From assembly GCF_001194135.2 (NCBI RefSeq), contig NC_069002.1, positions 16,856,232 to 16,914,787 of the forward strand: DNA of 58,556 nucleotides, written 5' to 3'. The notes beneath the pieces are model-generated. The model searched no databases and had not been told where the DNA came from. It saw only the letters and a list, made by a program, of their open reading frames with translations. Every line of letters starts with the position of its first letter. Positions within the stretch are counted from its first letter, which is position 1. Origin of the DNA: Octopus bimaculoides (lineage: Eukaryota). Below, one piece after another: positions 13,206-25,019 of the stretch. Both the position numbers and the translations under genes were made by a program.

Positions 13206-13642
13206 ATTCGGCATTATTTTTATTATCATTATTATTATTGTTGTTGTTGTCTTTTTAAGATCTGTGCTTTGAGGCTGGGTAGAGATCCATCAACAAACGT
13301 CAATGCAGTAATATTCTCTGAGACAACACTAACACGGCAACCACATCTGATACCCTTAATTTAAATATTGCTTAGCTGAGCACTGTAGGATAAAAAAATA
13401 GTTTGATTTTATCGACGTACAAGAACAGAAGACAAGTCAGTTGTTTTAACAAATGAATCATGCCTAATGGCAAACCAAGTGAGGGTGTTTGATAAATAAA
13501 AATGACAACTTCAAAGATAAACGCGTGAAAGTGAGCCACTTACACAAACAAGTTTATATATCATTGAAATAAGAGAAATAACATAAACATTGCACACATT
13601 CAACGGTGGATTATGTGCATTTAAAAAGCAAACTGATAGGTG

Positions 13643-13717
<75 letters not shown>

Positions 13718-15156
13718 NNNNNNNNNNNNNNNNNNNNNNNNNNNNNNNNNNNNNNNNNNNNNNNNNNNNNNNNNNNNNNNNNNNNNNNNNNNNNNNNNNN
13801 NNNNNNNNNNNNNNNNNNNNNNNNNNNNNNNNNNNNNNNNNNNNNNNNNNNNNNNNNNNNNNNNNNNNNNNNNNNNNNNNNNNNNNNNNNNNNNNNNNNN
13901 NNNNNNNNNNNNNNNNNNNNNNNNNNNNNNNNNNNNNNNNNNNNNNNNNNNNNNNNNNNNNNNNNNNNNNNNNNNNNNNNNNNNNNNNNNNNNNNNNNNN
14001 NNNNNNNNNNNNNNNNNNNNNNNNNNNNNNNNNNNNNNNNNNNNNNNNNNNNNNNNNNNNNNNNNNNNNNNNNNNNNNNNNNNNNNNNNNNNNNNNNNNN
14101 NNNNNNNNNNNNNNNNNNNNNNNNNNNNNNNNNNNNNNNNNNNNNNNNNNNNNNNNNNNNNNNNNNNNNNNNNNNNNNNNNNNNNNNNNNNNNNNNNNNN
14201 NNNNNNNNNNNNNNNNNNNNNNNNNNNNNNNNNNNNNNNNNNNNNNNNNNNNNNNNNNNNNNNNNNNNNNNNNNNNNNNNNNNNNNNNNNNNNNNNNNNN
14301 NNNNNNNNNNNNNNNNNNNNNNNNNNNNNNNNNNNNNNNNNNNNNNNNNNNNNNNNNNNNNNNNNNNNNNNNNNNNNNNNNNNNNNNNNNNNNNNNNNNN
14401 NNNNNNNNNNNNNNNNNNNNNNNNNNNNNNNNNNNNNNNNNNNNNNNNNNNNNNNNNNNNNNNNNNNNNNNNNNNNNNNNNNNNNNNNNNNNNNNNNNNN
14501 NNNNNNNNNNNNNNNNNNNNNNNNNNNNNNNNNNNNNNNNNNNNNNNNNNNNNNNNNNNNNNNNNNNNNNNNNNNNNNNNNNNNNNNNNNNNNNNNNNNN
14601 NNNNNNNNNNNNNNNNNNNNNNNNNNNNGGAAAAGAACCAAGGTTCATGAACTCATCAATGAAAATCCACTGTCACATATCGAAAAATTAATAAGTAAAA
14701 GCACAATAAATAAGTATAATATAATACAAAGTAAATATCATAAGATAATGATAATAAAACGACTACACGTATTTCATAACCAATTTTCAAATAGAAAAAA
14801 AAATTAAATTGATTAAAATCGATTAAATCTATCGAAAATCAATTCTATTCAAAGATATAGCTAAACTTCAGGTCAAGATAGAACAATAATAATAATAAAA
14901 GAATGTATATATCCACCAGCAATAAATAACAAATGAATGTATATAAAATACTTATTATATTAAGATAGAAAAATATTATTAAAAATATCAAAATTATAAA
15001 CATTCCATGTCCTTGTACTTCGTATTTTTTGTTGTTTAAGTTTTGTGACGTCCTGTGACCACATATGCATATGTATATACGTGTACATGTATGTACGTAT
15101 ATGTATGTATATATGCATATATGTATGCTATTTATATTATATGATATATATATACG

Positions 15157-15209
<53 letters not shown>

Positions 15210-15699
15210 CGTGAGAGAGTTAGGGGTTGGGGGTACAACCCACTAAGGGATAGTATCTATCCAGTATACTGCTGGGAGGGTACCCAATTATTGCTACGCT
15301 AGTGCTATACTAGGTGCAATCAATGGGAGCGGGTAAAAGTGGAGGTTTTACCCAAAATTTGTGTAACAATTAGAAAATGGAGGATAATATGCTGAACCCA
15401 ACTACTTGCAGACGGTGTATCCCGTTGAATTCATTAATTTAATTCATAGCAAAAGTGACAAAGGGAGGAATAAAAGAAAAAGAAAGAAAGAACCAAAGCA
15501 CAGGTGTCCATGGCAGACTATGTTATTTTGCCAACATGGTTTACATATAGAAGTACAAAGTACATAAGGAATTCGATATATATATAATTAAGATTCAGTT
15601 GAATTAGGTACTTAAATTGAGGCACCTTCTCTATTTGGTATAGTCCACACAGGTGAACAGAATGTAAATAAGTAACAATATGTGCAGGTCACAATACAT

Positions 15700-16560
15700 T
15701 ACAGCTGTTTCAAGCGGCTCCATTTAATTGATCACTGAAAACATTACATCAATTTGAAAGAACCCGCTCTCTTCAGAAACAGATGATCATATAGATTTCA
15801 AACATGAAGGATAAACAATTTTTAACAAATTTACATCAATAATAGAAAGCAAAATAATTACATTGTTTCTTAATGTTATATCTGTGGCAGAATGAGTTTA
15901 GAAAATAATGCGTATCTTATTAAGCCTCCTATAATTGATATATCACCATCAACTAGAATACAGTTGATAACTTCCAATGGATTTAATTCCAAATGGTTGA
16001 AGACTATATGCTGCATAAAATCTTCTAAATATGAATAACCACATCACCACTCCTTTATATTGACCCCCACTACTTTTCCTCTGCTACTTTCTAAGTCCAG
16101 GTTAAGAGAAACCTTATTCCTTGCATACTTCTTATCATTTTTTATATCAATTCTTTGTTCATTCTTGCTAAATTGAACCACTGTTAGCCGCAGTAAAGTA
16201 ACCAACAGAGAAAGGACAGACAATTTTCAGTGCACCTTTTCTAGCACCTTCCCAGTATATCCAGGTGAGCAGTGTTCTCCTTAAAAGGGCTGCTCAGACA
16301 CAAGATTCTCCACCGAAAACAGTTCCTGAAAACATGTTAATGATGTTAAGATAAGAACCCTGCCGCCTTATGTGCAGATGTGTAACTGTATGCTTCCAAC
16401 CGGTCAAATCTGCATACGTCGCCATGCGTCTATCGCAATAGGACTTTTTAAAAGTGACGATTGTATGATAATGATGTTTTGTTAGGTACATCTGTACTTC
16501 ATTGGACTTCAGTGACAAACACTTGTACAACACTTTTGCCACATTCTGGGTCAAAATAGC
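15700..16560 (-). mobile_element. Highly decayed LINE apurinic-type endonuclease remnant (CR1/L2-like)
   Basis: Motifs in the expected order across frameshifts: GGRVLIL (cf. GGGVxxY), DLESS..VVGVNIK, ILVDGDI (cf. ILxGDFN), LYDHL (cf. SDH). Confidence 0.35.
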
Positions 16561-16574
16561 AGATTCCAATGACA

Positions 16575-16960
16575 AGCAAAGCTTTGTGAGTGGATTGATA
16601 GACGGAAACTGAAAGAAACCCGTAGTATATATATNNNNNNNNNNNNNNNNNNNNNNNNNNNNNNNNNNNNNNNNNNNNNNNNNNNNNNNNNNNNNNNNNN
16701 NNNNNNNNNNNNNNNNNNNNNNNNNNNNNNNNATATATATATGAGTGTGTGTCTTTATGTCTATGTTTGTCCCCTCATCACCGCTTGACAACTGGCATTG
16801 ATGTGTTTAAGTTGCCGTAACTTAGCTGTTCGGCAAAAGAGACCAATAGAATAAATACTAGGCTTTAAAAAAGTCCTGGGCTCGATTTATTTAACTAAGA
16901 CCCTTCATAGGCGGTGCCCCAGTATGGCCGTAGTCAAATGATTGAAACAAGTAAAAGAAC
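16575..16960 (+). mobile_element. SINE family A, 5'-truncated, internal microsatellite with gap
   Basis: aaagctttgtgagtggattgatagacggaaactgaaagaa...(TA)n...gcttgacaactgg...gtagtcaaatgattgaaacaagtaaaaga. Confidence 0.85.
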
Positions 16961-16972
16961 ATACTAATACAC

Positions 16973-17010
<38 letters not shown>

Positions 17011-17944
17011 TAATTTAAGGTCGAAACTATCAGGTCATCCCATAAGTTCTGTTCGAATTTTGAATAAAGAAAACGAAAGAGAGAGAGAGAGATATGGGTA
17101 TCATAGAATACATTTGTGTAATGTTTGTTTCTCTATTCATACTTTGCTGTGTGGATACATCGTCACATCATATGACCATACAGTGAATCTTTATAAAAAG
17201 GTAAAATCGGATAGAACTTATGGGACGACCTTATAATTTATTGCAATTTGATGCTTAAAGTTCTGCAAGTTGTTAGCTCAAGTCTTACACATTTCTTCTC
17301 AATAGTTTTTCTCAAACCTTATAAACTAAAATATATCTAACATCCCAGTTTTGCCGCGCAGCTTCGTGTACAAGTTTGATAAGACAACTGATTAAGCGCG
17401 ATAACGACACAAACCACTGAACGTCGCTGTCCGGATACTGAGAGCGGATACGCCTGGCAACGGAAGGTCACGTTTCTGCTGAGAGACTCGATTGAGCCAG
17501 AGGCCACTTCCGGATAAAATCAGTAACAATAGCCGTACCTAAGTGGTTTCAGGAATTGCAGCGAGAGGAAGCTGTTGATTATACGATTTCGACATTTCCA
17601 CAAACTGCTCTGGCTGCTCGTGAATAAGAACACAGATGATACACCAGATATTAATATTTACAGTCAACAACGCGGCGGGCTTTGATAGAAACCATTAAGT
17701 ATCGAACTAAGCATAAGCTTTATTACTGTCTCTCATACTGAGTTCAAATCATATCAGTACAACATAATCTTTAAAAAGTTATTTACTTATATTTACGCCT
17801 TTAACAGGTCCCTAAGCCATTGAAGTCGGGGTAGGCGCTATCTTCTTGAAATATCTGTTATGCATGATTAGATCAACGGACCTGCAGCTCGGGTAATCAA
17901 GTTCTTTTAAATAAGATGGCGAGCTGACAGAATCGATAGTAAGA

Positions 17945-18098
17945 ACCGAAACTTGGGGCAAGGGATCTGTCGATTACATCGACCCCACTACTCAACTGAT
18001 ACTTATTTCATCGACCCCGATTGGATGAAAGGCAAAGTCGATTTCTGCGCTACTAAGTATTTTGCTCGGCGTGTTAACAATTCTGCCAGTTAGCTGCC

Positions 18099-18100
<2 letters not shown>
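17945..18100 (-). mobile_element. SINE family B, internally deleted; head abuts (TAA)n 18100-18184
   Basis: Reverse complement aaggcagctaactggcagaattgttaacacgccg...gactttgcctttcatcc...ggggtcgatgtaatcgac. Confidence 0.8.
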
Positions 18101-18184
<84 letters not shown>

Positions 18185-18322
18185 CAGAGAACGTGTGTGC
18201 ACTGATTAAGAACAGCGTGCCTAGTTGGAAAACGCTTCATTCCTGTAACAGCCAGCACTTAGCCGAGGTAACAATCAAAAGAGGTATCAACCAAGGAGAC
18301 TCTTGTTCATCTCTACTATTTG
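18185..18322 (+). mobile_element. Short R4/Dong RT fragment
   Basis: Translates ENVCALIKNSVPSWKT...HLAEVTIKRGINQGDS; starts immediately after (TAA)n. Confidence 0.7.
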
Positions 18323-18329
18323 CACGACT

Positions 18330-18622
18330 TTGCAGCTGGGACCCAGTTTTTCTAGGTTGAATAGCCCATCCCGCTCAAAAGATCCCTGAATAAAGGTTGC
18401 TTAAGGATGTTGAACGAAACACCCATGGTTCCAGAGGTGAACTATTCAAACCCCAAAGAATTCCTCTCAACACATGGCTATGATGCCCCCACCCCCACTA
18501 CTTCTGCTCGTGATCAGAGCAGCACATATTATCAGTTACCAAGGGACATGCTGTCGCTCGTCTTTTACACCAAGACAAGACATGTACATGATAACACTTC
18601 CAATCAGTTAAGATCAGAAGGC

Positions 18623-18626
<4 letters not shown>
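18330..18626 (-). repeat. Unclassified interspersed repeat ending in a (TTA)n tract
   Basis: Non-coding; resembles a repeat I recall from octopus sequence (not verified). Confidence 0.4.
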
Positions 18627-18667
<41 letters not shown>

Positions 18668-18816
18668 CACGTTGTTGGCTGGTAGGGACCTTTGTGGTTA
18701 TTTTCACTGTTTAAAATTTTGTTCCAATTGTTTTCAAATTGGATATATGGATTAAGCTTTGTATACTAATTATGAAAATGAAATTCATTTTTCCTATAAA
18801 TTCATAATTAAAAAGT

Positions 18817-19096
18817 TGGTGTGTGGTAAGTAGCTTGCTTACCAACCACATGGTTCCGGGTTCATTCCCACTGGTGGCACCTTGGGCAAGTGTCTTCTAC
18901 TATAGTCTCGGGCCGACCAAAGCCTTGTGAGTGGATTTGGTAGACGGAAAACTGAAAGAAGCCCGTCGTATATATGTATATATATATGTGTGTGTGTATA
19001 TGTTTGTGTGTCTGTGTTTGTCCCCCTAGCATTGCTTGACAACCGATGGTGGTGTGTTTACGTCCCCGTAACATAGCGGTTCGGCGATAGAATAAG
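18817..19096 (+). mobile_element. SINE family A (tRNA-like head, internal TA/TG microsatellite), 3'-truncated
   Basis: A-box-like tggtgtgtggtaag, B-box-like ggttcattccc, central ccttgggcaagtgtcttc. Confidence 0.9.
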
Positions 19097-19264
19097 TACG
19101 ACGGGCTTCTTCCAGTTTCCGTCTACCAAATCTACTCACAAGGCTTTGGTCAGCCCGAGGCTATAGTAGAAGACACTTGCCCAAGGTGCCATGCAGTGGG
19201 AATGAACCCGGAACCATGTGGTTGGTAAGCTAGCTACTTACCACACAGCCACTCCTGCGCCTAC
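19097..19264 (-). mobile_element. SINE family A 5' half, inverted relative to the adjacent copy
   Basis: Reverse complement of 18817-18970 at about 94% identity. Confidence 0.9.
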
Positions 19265-19374
19265 ATTAAAAAAAAATTTTTAAGATTTCAACATGCTGTG
19301 ATGATAACCACAAAGATCCGTTAGCCGTAAGGATATAATGCAGGGCCAACTGACAACAGGTATTTGGAATCAAC

Positions 19375-19740
19375 AAAAACATATGCTAGAAATAGCAGCT
19401 AAATTTCTTTTAAATCTCACTTTACACTTTTAAAGAGACATGCTGTATTATGCAGTGTGGACGTACACTAGAGAAAAGAAAACACGTGATGGTCATCGCT
19501 TGAAAATTTTTGACCAAAACTCAACTCAAGCAAGTCCTAATCGAAGTTAAACAATAACGGAACCTCTTCGCAGTTACGCAGCCTGTTAGAAATAGCAGTT
19601 AAATCTTCCTCGGTTTTCACTCAATTTTCTTTAAAAACAGATAATTTAGTCATAAATACACTACATATCTGGAAAATAGAGACATCTTTGATTATATGCC
19701 TGATCTTGGTCTAAATAATAATAGTAACAACCACCACCGT
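19375..19740 (+). mobile_element. Two tandem degenerate copies of repeat family C (ctagaaatagcagc.aaatct motif)
   Basis: Motif recurs at about 19385, 19585, 20265, 31605, 52975 and 55575; SINE-like 3' half ending near a CAA-type tail. Confidence 0.6.
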
Positions 19741-20434
19741 CGCCACCACCGCAACCGCCGCCGCCGCCACAAGAACAATAACAACCACAACAACGACAGT
19801 AACAAAGTCTAAACAACAACAACAGCAGCAATAACCAGAGCGACTTACCTACAGTAAGTCAATTATGTTCCCACACTCATTTTCACCAAACGAGTTAAGA
19901 TGAAGGAGAAAATATGAAGCTAAGACAGAGGTGTTAAAATTAAGCATAAAATAAACAGTGGAGCTTCCACAGGTGTTATGGCGGTGACTAATTTCTTGAC
20001 AAAACATTTGCGAAACAATGGAACTAGTTGTCATTCATCAGTGACATGAGCAAACTCTAGTGACCGTCACATCGTCGATCAGCCTTTTAACTGCAGACGG
20101 CGATTCATTTCAGGTCTTCGTTTGCGGATCTTGCCGGTTATTGAGCAGTAAAACACACCTATGAATCTTCAAATCTGGCAGACATCAAACTGTGAACACA
20201 CACATAAGCACACACACAAACCAGCTATACGGGGGGGGGGGGGTACTGCTATGTGGTCGCACAAACTGCTAGAAATAGTAACAAAATATTTCTAGAATCA
20301 CATTTTGCAATCTTAGAAACTACGAAGGAGTTTTGTGTCCAAAATGATGTAGTTTTCTATGCATTACACAATAATTAAACACATATATACAAAACACCAA
20401 AACGCATGCACACACGCACGTATCCCTTACCAGG

Positions 20435-20495
<61 letters not shown>

Positions 20496-21111
20496 CACAC
20501 GCACACACAAAACACGCACACATATACACACACACACACACGAAGAGCGTCTAGCATTGGCAATGGAATCGGCTAAATCCAAATCTCTGTTTCTCTGTGC
20601 ATCATTCCGAGCAAATATCAGCTACCAACATCATACTTGAACACATTTATCATCTTATAAATAGAAAAAGATCGATTAACAAATCGCTGTTGTTGCCAAT
20701 AGCCGTGAGCAGGTAAAACCTTGCTGTGACGGAAGAAGTATTAGATCAAAGTAGCATTCTGTATATCTTACTTAACGTAGATATACTGTAGAAGCTCAGA
20801 AAACTGTCGTGTTCGTCTCCAGGAAGCATCTCATAAGGTTACATTTGTCTAAGTATACGGTTGCTTGTAGTATTTACTACTGGTAACGCTCAAAAAAGCA
20901 GAAATTGTAGATTCAGCAATTCCACAGCCTCTGGACACTCTTTTCTTTTTATGTCAGCTACTGATATACTTCTATGTTTTTAACACTATATATCTATAAG
21001 GGATGCTTTCTCGGGTGTTTTTGATTTCTGTAGAAAGCTCTTAAGTAAGATATAGAAAATGCTACATGTGTCTGTCTGTCTATCCATTGATTTATCTATT
21101 TATCTATCTAT

Positions 21112-21154
<43 letters not shown>

Positions 21155-21308
21155 TATACACACGCGCGCTCTCTCTCACACACACACACACACACACATA
21201 TGTATGTGTGTATGTATGTAAGTACGCACAAGAATTAGAAATAGAAAGTCCTTGACAAAGAATTACATATTTCAAAATACACACGACACACTCACTCACT
21301 CCCCCCCC

Positions 21309-21342
<34 letters not shown>

Positions 21343-21689
21343 GAGAGAGAGGGGTAGGTTAAAAAAAACCAGACAGGTATCAATAAAGCACTCAAAGTAG
21401 AACACAGACCCCAGGTAAATCTTCATGCATGACAGGTAAATTCAAATACCCTCTGGCAGAATTTCGTGAAATTCAGAGTATTTGACAACAATAGATACGT
21501 ATGAAGAAAATTAGAGCTCAGCACTTGCTTTTTCAAAGTCAGGTTGTCCATTTTAACATGATCAGTTTGTAGAACCACTACATAATGTGACATAAACATA
21601 GAGATACGGGCATGGATACACACGAACACACACTTTTATATTCGGTATATATACGTACATTCACAAATTATATACAGATATTTGGGATT

Positions 21690-21830
21690 CCATACAGTTT
21701 CCGTCTACCAAATTTCACACACACGACACTAGACGATCCAAAGTTACACAACAGAAGACACATACCCAAGGCACCATGTCGAGGACTGATCACTAAGCTA
21801 TGTGGTTACTAAACGATCATCTTAACCTCA
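21690..21830 (-). mobile_element. Degenerate SINE family A 5' half
   Basis: cagtttccgtctaccaaat...cccaaggcaccatg. Confidence 0.65.
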
Positions 21831-22599
21831 TAGAAAACACTGCTTATCTCATCTCATGACGAGTATGGAATATTTAAATTAGAATTATTATGCTCATCAC
21901 ACTAACTAAGCACTTAATTCAGTAAAAAACCCTATCTATGCAGCCATATTTGAAGGCGTTTTAAGGTCGATTTAATTGTAAGCCCGAATTAATTTTATTG
22001 TGGGTGTTTCATTGACCAGGTAACATGTACGATAAACAACTTTGGTCAACTACACGTTTTTTTTTTATTTGATATCCAACCGCCACACCATGCACAATTA
22101 TGAACAGGTGTTCCTCTCAGAGTGACCGGAAGTATTCGTAAAAATGAACTGACCAACATCCGCAGTTATTTTCTCGTTCCCCGTTCGTAGATAGCGGAAA
22201 CCTCCCACACACATTTCATTTATTGGTCGATGATGATACATAGAATCAATATGTAGCATCTAGTTGAATGAGATAGAAAATATAGAAATAACAGCTATGT
22301 GATGGTTTTCAGTTATGTAGCATAGAGAAATAGACGGACATAGCAATGACGTGAATGGCTCTAAGTCTAATCGACTAAGAAGCGAAGAACAGGGTTAGTA
22401 AATAGTTTTTATTAACGCTAGACATTCTAGAAACTTCCAAGAGAAACGCTAAGGTTCTTGAATAATTAAGAATCACGTCTCATGACACAGATGCTTCGAG
22501 CAACTTAGAAAAGGAGGTTACTCTATAATCTTTCTGGCAAGGGAGATCATTCAACTATTTAGCTACGTAAACCACTACACCTTCTAAAATTCGCTGCAG

Positions 22600-24405
22600 G
22601 TGGCGCAACCTGAGTGCGTGTCTGTGCATTAAAAACCTAAGCCGCCACGCAAAGGAAGTTGGCAGCAGACCGACTGCCTGACGATTGGAACGCGTCCCTT
22701 CCACAAGAAAATAAACAAGATACGCATCCCCTCCACAAGAAAATAAACAGGATACGCTGCAATTTAATCAAGCAGTAACTGGGGCAAGGCACGATGGTCA
22801 GACGATATATGACAGACATACGTTATTTCTTCCTGACCTTTCAGGGACAAGTTCCTCTTTGCCTATTTCTGGCTACGAGAGCTCACCCTGTTCATCTCTT
22901 CCCAATTCTTATCCACTTGGAGGTGGGGACCAAACCAGACCCCGAACAGTTAAACTGGTCCGTCAGTCCAGCGCCCAACGATGCCATCCGACGGCATCGA
23001 TTTGCCGCATTGATTTTAGCGCCTGCAACCGACTCATATTCCATTACAATGGTAGGCCTCCAACACCATGAGGTGACGTCGTCCGTGTATGCAGACACTG
23101 CCCTCTCGAGTCAAATTTCGAAAGGGAGGCCTCTTAACGGTTCCAACTTCCGCAGCAGCTCTGATGGACTGAACTTGCGATACTAAATGGTTCCGATAGT
23201 TGGCCATTTACTTTGACCACCGAGTAGGCGCGCTGTACATTTCAGCAATCCAGCCTCTGAAAACGGGCCCGAAACCGGTCGCTTTAAGGACGGCTTTCAA
23301 GTAGCGATGGTCGACCCTATAGAAAGATTTCAACCGATCCAAATTGATCAGGGCCCCACCGAAGCCAGCTTTAGTCCCAGTCCTCTCTACGATGTATCAC
23401 ATAAGGTGGAGGTTGTCGCGCATAGATCTGCTCGGGATTGCGCACGTTTGTGCCTCCCCGACCAGACTACTAACGACAAGCACGTCCCCATTGTCAGCGG
23501 AATTCCCTAACGCGTCCCAATTGTCGGCGTCCTTTCTCAGCAGTGTTATCACACCCCGCTAACAGCACTAGGAATTCTCCCGTTCTGTGGCCAGTCACTG
23601 TACACATCTGGCATGAAAACAGAATTCGTAGGACAGACCATCCAACCGGGTGATTTGCGTCTTGTGCAATCACTCATCATCTCCCGTATTTCAGAGGTTG
23701 CAGTCGGCTTTTCGTAGAATGTCGCATCCGTCACCGAGAGCCGTGCAAAGCCGTCTAGGTACGAAGTAAAGTTCGCTACCGTCATCGACTCATTACCATC
23801 CCTAAACAGCTACACAAAGTGCTGCTAGAAAGCCGCACACATCTGCTCAGAACCTAGTAACACACGTGCGTCTTGATCCGTCAAAGACTTGATCGCAGTT
23901 TTGTTTCCACATCCTTCCATGCGACCAAAATACTATTCCAGTCCCTCCACCACCACTAGTATTAAAGTGAGGAACATTTCTGTGAATGTTTCTGGACGCC
24001 TGAAGAAATCTGCCTGCCAGCACCTGTTGGGGCATAAACCGCCACCAGTCTAAAGGTGCCACCTTCGCTGCCATTCACGTCCAGGACTATGACCCTATCA
24101 TCTGGGTCCAGGAAGATAGCCAGTACTTGGAGATCTAAGGTTTTCAAGAGTAGCACTGCTACACCGCCACCCTCTCCCGATAGGCCACAAGAGAGAATAC
24201 GCGTAATCCTCGAAAATGGCTGCTAGAGTGTGTTTTCCGGAGATCTTTGTTTCACTAACGGCAGCCACATCCAAATCAAGTGACTTGAGATCGTTGAGCA
24301 GCTAACCTTGCTTTCTAACTGATCGCATGCCACGCACATTCACACCCCACATTCTCAGCATTGCCATGCTAGTCGAAGAAAGAAAATGAGGAGACAATCA
24401 ACACT
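22600..24405 (-). mobile_element. L1/Tx1-clade LINE ORF2 remnant (endonuclease plus RT) with internal deletions
   Basis: Start MAMLRMWGVNVRG at 24367, DVAAVSETKI, GTFRLVAVYAP, KSPGWMVCP (cf. KSPGxDG), VSAYTDDVT; homologous to 38214-41500. Confidence 0.85.
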
Positions 24406-25015
24406 ACAAAGCAACAAGAAGAGAAGAAAAATACTTCGTAGATATAAAATTACAGAGTAAGCTATACCTGAAGTAAAAGGACATTTAAAGCAAGATACTC
24501 CTCGCCAAAGCACAAAGAATTTGCCGTTATGTGAAACGTCGACGTTTCTTTGAACAAAACAAACAGTTCAACTCCAACGCCAAAAGATTCTACCAAGATT
24601 TTGGCAAAATTAAAATAGAGATCAATGCAACACCAACAGCAGAAGAAGTGGAAGAATTTTGGAAAGAAATATGGTCGGCGAAGGAACAACCTCAGCAAAG
24701 ATCTATCAAAACAACGAACACAGACTCTGGACCCCTATAACAACCGAAGAGGTCATCCACACACTGCAAAAACTAAGCAACTGGAAGGCACCCACGCACA
24801 AGATACCTAACGTCTGGTTAAAATACCTAACAGGAACACATAAAAAGCTGGCCGAGAAAATTAATGAAATACTAGCAGAGCCAGGAACAATGCCTGAATG
24901 GCTCACGGAAGGGAAAACTATCTTAATTCTCAAATCCACTGAAACGGCAAACCCACAAAATTACAGACTGATAATTTGTCTACCTACAATTTACAAAGCC
25001 TTTGCTGCAATAAAG
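24405..25015 (+). mobile_element. R4/Dong LINE internal fragment (second subfamily; pre-RT region and RT start)
   Basis: RRRFFEQNKQFNSNAKRFY, EVEEFWKEIW, LSNWKAP, PEWLTEGKTILI, NYRLIICLPTIYK. Confidence 0.85.
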
Positions 25016-25019
25016 ACAG

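Noticed and set aside
18817-18900. SINE heads as genuine tRNA genes
   Set aside because: A/B-box-like motifs only; no cloverleaf, and they continue into SINE bodies
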